Shown here piece by piece: positions 10,737 through 18,915 of a stretch of 64,000 bases of DNA. Position 1 is the stretch's first letter. Each line of letters begins with the position of its first letter. Source of the DNA: Verrucomicrobiota bacterium (GTDB taxonomy: Bacteria > Verrucomicrobiota > Verrucomicrobiia > Opitutales > Opitutaceae); contig JAEWBF010000055.1 of NCBI GenBank assembly GCA_023391285.1, forward strand, positions 6,705 through 70,704, in the 5' to 3' direction. Below the pieces are notes generated by a model that saw only the letters and a program-made list of their open reading frames with translations, searched no databases and was not told the DNA's origin. Both the position numbers and the translations under genes were made by a program.

Positions 10737-10904
10737 AAGCAGCAGGGGTTCGGGGACGCGCAATCCATTCAGCCAATTCACGCGCGTGCGAACAATCTTA
10801 CGCCGATTCGTCCGGATGAATCTGACATCCCTTGCGCGAGTTCCCATCTTCGCAACGCTCCATCTGCTTCTATTCGGGCCCGCGGCCCCCAAGCCCCTTT
10901 GTTC

Positions 10905-12821
10905 ATGTTCTCCCGACTTTCGTCCGCCCTCCTCACCGCCGCCACGCTCAGCATCAGCTTCGCGGCCGAACCCATCATGGTGCCCACGATCGAAGGCGAC
11001 TGGTGGCAAGTCGCCGGTCAACCCGATCTCGGTCCGCTGAATAGTCCGCGGCAGCAGCCGGTCGATTTCGCGATCTGGCAAGCGCGCGACGGCACCTGGC
11101 AACTCTGGTCGTGCATCCGCTACACCTCCGACCCGAAGAACACCCGCGTGCTCTTTCGTTGGGAAGGTCGTGAACTCACGCAGCGCGACTGGACACCGAT
11201 GGGCGTCGCGCAGAAGGCCGATCCGTCCGTTGGCGAATTTGAGGGCCGCATCGGTGCGCCGCACGTCGTCGAAGAAGGTGGACGTTACGTGATGTTCTAT
11301 CACAGCGCCGGCTTCCACGCGCAGGTCAGCGATGACGGGAAACATTTCACCCGCCAACTCGCCCCCGACGGCTCCGCCCGAATTTTCGGGGCCGATCCCG
11401 GCACCTACGGGCGCGATATCATGCTCACGCGGATACAAGACAAATGGCACGGATACTACGGCGGCTCGACGCCCGATCCGACCGGCAAGCACTACGCCGC
11501 AGTTTTCGTGAAGGTCGCACAAAGCGATTCGCTTTTCGGAGAATGGAGCCGCGAATTCATCGTGAACTCCGAAGGCCAAGCCGGCAGCGGCGGCTACAAC
11601 GCCGAGTGTCCACAAGTGATCTACCGTCACGGCTGGTATTATCTTTTCCGCACCGAGGTCTACGGCGCCAACAACCGCACTCACATTTACCGCTCCAAAT
11701 CGCCCTACAAGTTTGGCATCGATTCCGACGCTTACCATGTCGGCACGCTGCCCATCGCCGCTCCAGAGATTTTTGAATTTGAAGGTCACGACTACGTCGC
11801 CGCGCTGAACCCCGGCCTCGACGGTATTCGGGTCGCACGCCTCGGCTGGGTGGAAGCAGCTCCGGACACGATTGAATTCACCTCTGCGACCGCTACGGAG
11901 TCCGCCTCGCGTCCGATGAAGCCCTCGCTCGCGCCCGAGACGCTTCTCCTCGCCACGACTCCTGAACTTCCGACGGAACTGCGCAGCCCGAATGCCGAAA
12001 TTGCCGAACACACCCTTTTCACCGATGCGCACGGCACGTGGCATCTCTGGGCTTCCATCCGCAACACCGCTCGCGGCGACGTGCTCGGGCATTGGGAATC
12101 GAAAGACTTTTTCTCCGACAGCGCGTGGCGTTGGACGGGTGAGATCGCCGGCAACGCTCGCTCCTCCTCCTCGAGTGAACGCCTTTCACTCCGCTCCCCC
12201 ATCGTCGCGCAGCACGACGGCCGCTGGTGGCGGCTCCACAGTGAACCGTCCCACAACAACACGACCGATCGCCGCATCGTTGCGAGCGTCTCCGCCGACG
12301 GGCGCGCGTGGTCACCTTATCGCGACGCGGACGGACAATCGCAGGTCTTTTCCGGCCCGGGCGCCGCTCGCGATCCTTTCCTCGTGCGCTTCGGCGACAC
12401 CTGGCACTGCTACTACACCGGGCACTATGACGAAGATGAAAAAAACTCCGCCGTTTACGTCCGCACGTCGCTCGACCTCCTCGAGTGGTCCGAGCCAAAA
12501 ATCGTTCACGAAGACTACGAGCCGGCTGGCGGCCGCCGCGCGAACACCCACGAATCACCGATCGTAGTTCAACGCGCCGGCTGGTATTACCTCTTTCGCA
12601 CGGCCGCCGGCGACGGCACCTACGTCTATCGGAGCCGCGACCCGTTCGATTTCGGACGCGGCTACATGATCAACAAATTCATCGCCAAGCTGCCGCTCAC
12701 CTCGCCGGAGCTTGTGGTCGGTCCGGATGGCCGCGACTACGTAACCTCGTCGCGCGACGAAGCCGGCGCGCGAATCCGGATGTATCGAATTATCTGGGAC
12801 GACAGCCAGGCTGCACAATGA
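10905..12821 (+). CDS. Secreted protein with two tandem five-bladed beta-propeller glycoside hydrolase-like domains (GH32/GH43-like)
   Basis: Signal peptide MFSRLSSALL...SFA. Two homologous halves ('GRDIML..NAECPQV..GWYYLFRT' and 'ARDPFLV..THESPIV..GWYYLFRT'); RDP/ECP motifs recall GH32. Confidence 0.7.
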   Translation: MFSRLSSALLTAATLSISFAAEPIMVPTIEGDWWQVAGQPDLGPLNSPRQQPVDFAIWQARDGTWQLWSCIRYTSDPKNTRVLFRWEGRELTQRDWTPMGVAQKADPSVGEFEGRIGAPHVVEEGGRYVMFYHSAGFHAQVSDDGKHFTRQLAPDGSARIFGADPGTYGRDIMLTRIQDKWHGYYGGSTPDPTGKHYAAVFVKVAQSDSLFGEWSREFIVNSEGQAGSGGYNAECPQVIYRHGWYYLFRTEVYGANNRTHIYRSKSPYKFGIDSDAYHVGTLPIAAPEIFEFEGHDYVAALNPGLDGIRVARLGWVEAAPDTIEFTSATATESASRPMKPSLAPETLLLATTPELPTELRSPNAEIAEHTLFTDAHGTWHLWASIRNTARGDVLGHWESKDFFSDSAWRWTGEIAGNARSSSSSERLSLRSPIVAQHDGRWWRLHSEPSHNNTTDRRIVASVSADGRAWSPYRDADGQSQVFSGPGAARDPFLVRFGDTWHCYYTGHYDEDEKNSAVYVRTSLDLLEWSEPKIVHEDYEPAGGRRANTHESPIVVQRAGWYYLFRTAAGDGTYVYRSRDPFDFGRGYMINKFIAKLPLTSPELVVGPDGRDYVTSSRDEAGARIRMYRIIWDDSQAAQ

Positions 12822-12857
12822 TTTCGCCGATGCGGCGCTCCGCCTTCATTCACTTTC

Positions 12858-15761
12858 ATGAGCATGCGATTTAGTCGTCGCGATTTTCTCCGTATGGCCG
12901 GATTCGCGACGATGGGACTGCCCGGGGCAGAACCGGGCACACCCTCAGCGCGTCCAGCGGACACTCCGGGTGCAATCAACGAGCGTCTCGCCCAACCGAT
13001 CTGGTGCGACGAGAACGGCCTAGGCCGAAATGTCTTCGTGCATTTTCAGCTGACCTTTGCGTTGAACCAAAAGCCGGCCGACGCCTGGTTCCATCTCTTC
13101 GCGGACACCCGCTACCGCCTGCGCGTCAACGGCGAGATTGTGAGCTACGGTCCAGCGGCATTCCTTGTCAGCCATCCCGAATACGATTCCATCGATCTCA
13201 CGCCGTGGCTGCGCGCAGGTGAGAACGAGCTGTCGGTCGAAGTTAACTCGCGCGGTGACACTTCGTTTCAGGCAGAGCCATCGCGCGGCGGTTTTATCGC
13301 CTGGGGCGAAGCCCGCGCAGCAGATTCCGCGTCCCTGGCCGACTTTGCCACTCCGGGCCAATGGCGTGCGCGGCGGGCTGACGCTTGGTCGCCGGAGGCG
13401 CCGCCGTTCAGCTTTGCGCAGGGACCGGTCGAAATCGTCCATCTCTCGCGTCTCCAACCCGACGGTCGCGTCGTCGATCCTCAGGCTTCCGGCTGGCAGG
13501 AGCCGATCGTCGCGGATCGTAGAGCCTGGGGAAAAGCGACCCCGCGTTCGGTGCCGCGCCCTGTGTTCGATTTGTGGATACCTCAACGGATCACGACCCT
13601 TGCCCCGCTGGCCAGTCCGCTCACTCGCGTTTCCGCCAACCGAAGTCTTCCGGTGTCCGAACTGCCCAAGCGCGGACAACGCTTTGCGTGCGTGATGTGG
13701 TTGCACGCAGCTTCCGCCACCAACACCCACCTCTCCGTCACCCCGGGTGATATCTGGCTCAACGGACGGATGCTCGCGCAACCTCTCTCGTCCGAGCGTC
13801 CTCTCGAGGCGCGTTTCCCCGTCGAATTACGCGCGGGCTGGAATCTCGTTTACGGAGAGTTTCCACCGCTGGCGCGCACCCTCGGCATAATCGTCGGGTG
13901 GCCGCGTGAGACTGGCCTCCGTCTCGCGTCACATCCTCGCTCCGACGCGCCAGAGAATCGTATCCGCTTCAGTTCATTGATGCCCTCCGAGCAACTCCCT
14001 TCGCTGGGCGACTCGGTGCCGTCGAGCGAAGCCGATCTCGAGCGGCTCGGCGAGTTCTTCGATAGCGGCCTTGTCCACACCTCGTTTCCCTCTCGCGAGA
14101 TCGCGTGGGATCAGCCCGTCGCAACGACCGTCGAACGGCCGGACGACCTCGCGCCGCGTGAGATTCCCCTCAGCGCCGCTGGCGAAGGCGTAGTCGTGTA
14201 TGATTTCGGCCGCGAATTCATCGGCCATGTCTCCCTCGAAATCGACGCGCCCGCAGGCGGCGTGATCGACGTCGCCAACGAAGAGCTGCTGCAGACGAAC
14301 GGTGCCGTCCGGATGTTTCGGACCAATCCGGGCATCAATCCGGTCGATCGAATTCATCTCCGCCCGGGCTTGAATCGCTGGGAAGGTTTTCACGCTCGCG
14401 GCGGCCGCTACGTGCAGGTTTCCGCTCGTTCAAACGGGCCGGTCACGGTCCGCCGCATCGAGCTGCGCAACGCACTTGTGCCCGTGCCCGCCAGTGGGAC
14501 ATTTTCGTGCAACGACGAGGTGTTCGACTGGTCGTGGGACATTGGCCTCGCGACACTCGAAGCGAGTCTCACCGACGGCTGGGTCGATCCTTGGCGTGAA
14601 CAGGGTCTCTACATCGGCGATGTGCTCGTGGAGTATCTCGCCCATCGTATTTGGACGCGGGATACGACGCACATCGTGCGCACACTCCGCATGTGGTCCC
14701 AGGGTCAGCTGCCCGACGGGCAACTTCGGGCCGTGGTGCCCGCATGGTTCCGGCGCTACCACGCCGACTACACCCTTTTGTGGATCATCATCCTCCGCGA
14801 TTATGTCATCCACACGGGAGATCGCGCGTTCGCCGAAGAACTTTGGCCCACCGTCGAACGCATCTGGTCCAGCTCCACGTGGCGCTCCGGTCCGCGCGGA
14901 CTTTGGACCGCCGACGGCATGAACGTATTCGGTGATTGGGGCGCGACCGAGGCGTCAATCGAAGGCGACGCGAATGGCATTCTCAACGCGTTCCGCGTTG
15001 GGGCGCTGCAAGCGAGCGCGGAACTCGCCGACACCCTCGGTAAAACCGACCGCGCCGCCGCATTCCGTCGCGAGCGCGAGAGCGTCGCCGCGGCATTTCG
15101 CGAGGTGTTATGGGACGCGCAACACAACGCCTTCGCTCCCTGTCTGCGCAACGGTGTCTTCGTCGACACCCCTGCCGCACACGCCAACACCCTCGCCCTC
15201 CTTTACGGCATCGCTTCGCCGGATCAGGAAGCGGGTGCGCTCGCCGCAGTGCGTTCTGCCATCGAAAAGGCCGCCGCCGATCCCGGACATTGTCACCGTC
15301 GCGGCGGCCATATCGAACTCTACTTCCTTCACTACGTCCTCGAGATGCTCGCCGATCGCGGGCTCCACGAAGACGCGGAAACCATCATTCGCCGTTTCTG
15401 GGGCCTCCAACGCGAACACGGCGCCTGGTGTCTGTGGGAAGCGTTCTATCGCGGACTTCGCAAGGAAGACAGCCAATGCCACGGCTGGTCGGCCGGCCCG
15501 AGCGTCTACTTCCATCGCACGGTGCTCGGCATCGAAACGAAGCCTGACCGGGTCACAATCATTCCTCGCGCGGCCAACCTCACGGAGGCGCGAGGCATTC
15601 ATCCGCATCCCGAGGGCGACATCATCGTCGAATGGCGGATCGAAAGCGAAACGTTCTATCTCGATGTCGAATTGCCGGCGGGACTTGCCCACGACGTCCG
15701 ACCAGGTCCGATGTTCTCGCATCTGGAACCGCGAGTCACCATCCGCACGCGCACCCCGTAA
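12858..15761 (+). CDS. Tat-exported GH78 alpha-L-rhamnosidase-like protein
   Basis: Twin-arginine 'SRRDFL'; 'FADTRYRLRVNG', 'VYDFGRE', 'DPWREQGLYIGD', 'LWEAF', 'SQCHGWSAGP'. Confidence 0.8.
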   Translation: MSMRFSRRDFLRMAGFATMGLPGAEPGTPSARPADTPGAINERLAQPIWCDENGLGRNVFVHFQLTFALNQKPADAWFHLFADTRYRLRVNGEIVSYGPAAFLVSHPEYDSIDLTPWLRAGENELSVEVNSRGDTSFQAEPSRGGFIAWGEARAADSASLADFATPGQWRARRADAWSPEAPPFSFAQGPVEIVHLSRLQPDGRVVDPQASGWQEPIVADRRAWGKATPRSVPRPVFDLWIPQRITTLAPLASPLTRVSANRSLPVSELPKRGQRFACVMWLHAASATNTHLSVTPGDIWLNGRMLAQPLSSERPLEARFPVELRAGWNLVYGEFPPLARTLGIIVGWPRETGLRLASHPRSDAPENRIRFSSLMPSEQLPSLGDSVPSSEADLERLGEFFDSGLVHTSFPSREIAWDQPVATTVERPDDLAPREIPLSAAGEGVVVYDFGREFIGHVSLEIDAPAGGVIDVANEELLQTNGAVRMFRTNPGINPVDRIHLRPGLNRWEGFHARGGRYVQVSARSNGPVTVRRIELRNALVPVPASGTFSCNDEVFDWSWDIGLATLEASLTDGWVDPWREQGLYIGDVLVEYLAHRIWTRDTTHIVRTLRMWSQGQLPDGQLRAVVPAWFRRYHADYTLLWIIILRDYVIHTGDRAFAEELWPTVERIWSSSTWRSGPRGLWTADGMNVFGDWGATEASIEGDANGILNAFRVGALQASAELADTLGKTDRAAAFRRERESVAAAFREVLWDAQHNAFAPCLRNGVFVDTPAAHANTLALLYGIASPDQEAGALAAVRSAIEKAAADPGHCHRRGGHIELYFLHYVLEMLADRGLHEDAETIIRRFWGLQREHGAWCLWEAFYRGLRKEDSQCHGWSAGPSVYFHRTVLGIETKPDRVTIIPRAANLTEARGIHPHPEGDIIVEWRIESETFYLDVELPAGLAHDVRPGPMFSHLEPRVTIRTRTP

Positions 15762-15808
15762 CGCGTCCCTCCAGGGCGTCTTACCGCACGCCCTGATCGG
15801 CGAACTCC

Positions 15809-17194
15809 TTACTTCGCTTCCGCCTGCTCGGCCGATTCGGTTTCGGAGTTGGCCGGCGCGGGGGGCAACGATTTCGAACGCCGTTTCACGAACCCAATCT
15901 TTTCCCAGTGGGCGAACAGATACAGGTAGCCGATTCCGATCAGGCCCATGATGAAGAGGTAATGATAAGCGGCCATGTAGTTGTAGCGGCCTTCCGGCAG
16001 CCCATAGAGCCAGCCCGAACTGAACGAAATCCACAGTCCCATCGAGTTCGCCTGCACGAAATTCACCATGCCGAACACGATCGCGAGCCCGCATGAAAGC
16101 GTGCCAAGACGATTCGTGGACACATAGTCGAAAAGGAGCGGCACCGCCGCCACGATCATGATCTTCGCCACTGCGCCACGGATCAGCCCGAGGAAAATCA
16201 CCATGTGGAACGGCGGTAGCGCATTCGGCGCGATGTATTCGGCGTAGATGTAGAAAAACACCTTCAGCCCGAGCACCACCGCCAGACCAATCTTGAGCAG
16301 CACCAGCCGGTCGAATTTGTCCGACGCCCATCCACCCAGCGGCACGACCATGAGCGCGATCAGCATCCCGTAGCTCATGATTTCGCCGTATTCGGCTTTT
16401 GAATATCCCCACTGATCGGTGACGAGCAGCGGCTCGAATTGTTCGAGGCCCACCCAGAGGTTCATCACGACATAGCCGAGCCCGAACAGCGGCAGGAGCT
16501 CGCGCGAAAACAGTCCCTTCAGCAGGCTCCAGATCTGCACCTCGCGCAGCCGCAGCGCCTCCGCCCCGGCTGGCTTCACCTCCTCGACGCACCACCATAG
16601 GAGCGCCGCCGCACCGATTAGGATCAGCGAGTTGATCACATAAATCAGCGTTTCCCCCGTGAGCGTGAATCCGCCCGGCAGCGCGTAAGTGCGGTCGAAT
16701 TGACCGATCAAAACGTAGAAAAAGAAGACGAAGAATCCGCTTTGGATCCATTGGCGGATCGCACCAGCCCGGCCGCGCTGCGCCGGAGGGATCACCTCCA
16801 TCGTCAACGGCTCGAAGGGATGGACCAGATGGAATGCCAATTGATAAACAAGCACGCTGGCCGCGAAGCCCCACAGAAACGAGATGTGCGGCAAAAACAG
16901 TGAGATGACTCCCGCCGCCAAGAAGCCGACCACGAGAAACGGCCGCCTGCGTCCGTAGCGCGTCCAAATACGATCGCTCACCAGCGAGCCGATCGACCCG
17001 GTCAGCAACCCACACGCGAAGTTCAGGCTCGTGATGAAACCGATGAGTGCCGGATCGTTCGTGAACTTCCGCAGCGAGAACACCATCGCCGATTTGCTGA
17101 GCTGATTGTGCACCTCATAGCACATCCAGGGCAGCAGGATCACCGTAACCGCGAGCCACGACACCTTTGGCTGCTGCGTCAGGATCTTCCTCAT
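15809..17194 (-). CDS. MFS transporter (sugar/glycoside type)
   Basis: 'SDRIWTRYGRRRPFL', 'GGWASDKFDR'; about 12 TM segments; start taken as MRKILTQ. Confidence 0.85.
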   Translation of the reverse strand: MRKILTQQPKVSWLAVTVILLPWMCYEVHNQLSKSAMVFSLRKFTNDPALIGFITSLNFACGLLTGSIGSLVSDRIWTRYGRRRPFLVVGFLAAGVISLFLPHISFLWGFAASVLVYQLAFHLVHPFEPLTMEVIPPAQRGRAGAIRQWIQSGFFVFFFYVLIGQFDRTYALPGGFTLTGETLIYVINSLILIGAAALLWWCVEEVKPAGAEALRLREVQIWSLLKGLFSRELLPLFGLGYVVMNLWVGLEQFEPLLVTDQWGYSKAEYGEIMSYGMLIALMVVPLGGWASDKFDRLVLLKIGLAVVLGLKVFFYIYAEYIAPNALPPFHMVIFLGLIRGAVAKIMIVAAVPLLFDYVSTNRLGTLSCGLAIVFGMVNFVQANSMGLWISFSSGWLYGLPEGRYNYMAAYHYLFIMGLIGIGYLYLFAHWEKIGFVKRRSKSLPPAPANSETESAEQAEAK

Positions 17195-17425
17195 TGCGCA
17201 ACCCTCCGCGAATGCAGATGTGAGAAACGCGGCGGCCATGCCCCGGCCCACACTGCGGAGCCATTAACCTCGAGGGTAGAAAGTATCACGGTGTTGGTCT
17301 CTGCTGGGGAAGATACATCACGTGGCGCTCAAGACCACCGGCTTCCTATTCGTCCGGATGCACAACAAAGTCATCCGGCAAAGTGCCGCCGCCAGCCGCC
17401 CACCGGACCACGAATCTGGCAGCGA

Positions 17426-18910
17426 CTAAGGAATCGCGGCCCGATCCTGAGCCGACCCACGCCCGGGCGGCGCGTATCCGGCAGCCACATCGTCGATCAC
17501 CAGCACCCAATCCGGTCCGCCCCACTCTCGCTGCACGCGTTGCTCCTCGGGCCTTCGGTAGCGACCGGTGTTGTTCGTCTCACCCATCAGCCGCGCCTCG
17601 CCCGTTCGCGGATCAAACCACCATGCGCGCAAGCGTTCACCCGCAATCACGGAGGTGTCGATTTCGAGGTCTCGTGATATCGGCAGGTAAACCATGATTG
17701 TCGTGGCATTCTTCTGCCCGGCGCTTCCATCGCGCGTCACCTGCACATGATCGGTATCGATGCCCAGATCTTTCACGAGGCTCTGGTCGGGGATCCGGGA
17801 TAAAAACGGTCGCGATTCGATCAACGCCCGCAGGTGCTGCATCTGGCCGGCGCCTGGAGCGTTCAAGCCCTCCGTCCACCCCTTCGCAACGTCCAAAATC
17901 GGCGTGTCCTGCCCCGGTCGATACACCTGCCACACGCTGTGATGGCCGTAGGTGTGTCCAAAGGCCCCGGCGAACACCGCCCAATACGCCGCCTTTCGCA
18001 CATCGTAATCCGTGAAACGCGGATTCGCCGGATCGAACGCCGCCGGATGCTCTTCATAAGCCGGCTCGGCATCGAACACCGGCCGGACCGGCTGCGCCTC
18101 ATACTCGCGCTCGATCATCTGCCAGTTGCGCGTCGAAAACCGCGCATGCCCGGACTGGATCAAATTGAAATCCAGCCATGGCGCATCGCGCCAGTATCGC
18201 GCGGCCGACGCGTAGCCTTGGCAGTGATACGTCATCAGCGACCGCGTATCGTGCTTGCGAATACCGGCGGCGAGCGCGTTCCAGATGTCTTCGCGACCGA
18301 CGGGGCTGCGATCGCCACCGAGCATCCAGATCACATTGGTTCTCTCTCGATACCGTCGTCCGAGAAACTCGCCATAGTGGCGGGCGTTCTCGGCGTCGAA
18401 CGGATGGTAGTTCTTGAAGCGCGGGTGAGGTTTGTCCTCCACGTGCGATCCCCACGTGGGAAGCAGCGCCACATAGAGTCCGCGCTCCTCCGCTCGCTGC
18501 AAGGTGTAGTCGACCAGGTCGAAGAACGGTTCATTGGGGCGCGCCGGGTCCAGAGCGTGCAGCGGCAAATGCCCCTCGCGATTCGGCGTCTCGAGTCCAT
18601 CGAGCTCGCCGAGGATCACGCATTGCACCACCGTGAATCGCTTCGCCGCCCGATCGGCGAGATAGCGATCGATCTCCGCGCGATCCATGCGATACAGCAT
18701 CTGCCACGCAGTATCTCCAAGATAGAAGAACGGGACGCTTTCCTCCGCTACGAGGAAGCGCCCGTTCTCGCTCACTGCGAGCCGCGGCAACGCTGCCGTT
18801 GCCATGGACGCGAGAGCGAACGACAGAAGGAAAACACATCCGGACAGCGAAAACGACCGGCGACAACCCTCCGCCCTATCGTTTTCCGGATTCGGTTGGT
18901 TCTCCTTCAT
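17426..18910 (-). CDS. GH140-like (DUF4038, apiosidase-type) glycoside hydrolase with C-terminal beta-sandwich
   Basis: 'PFFYLGDTAW', 'NVIWMLGGDR', 'WLDFNLIQSGH', 'AEPAYEEH', 'AFGHTYGHHSVWQ', 'WWFDPRTG..DWVLVI'. Confidence 0.85.
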   Translation of the reverse strand: MKENQPNPENDRAEGCRRSFSLSGCVFLLSFALASMATAALPRLAVSENGRFLVAEESVPFFYLGDTAWQMLYRMDRAEIDRYLADRAAKRFTVVQCVILGELDGLETPNREGHLPLHALDPARPNEPFFDLVDYTLQRAEERGLYVALLPTWGSHVEDKPHPRFKNYHPFDAENARHYGEFLGRRYRERTNVIWMLGGDRSPVGREDIWNALAAGIRKHDTRSLMTYHCQGYASAARYWRDAPWLDFNLIQSGHARFSTRNWQMIEREYEAQPVRPVFDAEPAYEEHPAAFDPANPRFTDYDVRKAAYWAVFAGAFGHTYGHHSVWQVYRPGQDTPILDVAKGWTEGLNAPGAGQMQHLRALIESRPFLSRIPDQSLVKDLGIDTDHVQVTRDGSAGQKNATTIMVYLPISRDLEIDTSVIAGERLRAWWFDPRTGEARLMGETNNTGRYRRPEEQRVQREWGGPDWVLVIDDVAAGYAPPGRGSAQDRAAIP

Positions 18911-18915
18911 CGCTG

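Noticed and set aside
10737..12092. Apparent 450-aa N-terminal fusion on UxuA
   Set aside because: Overlaps the opposite-strand propeller GH; UxuA-like sequence starts at MRLSM (10736)
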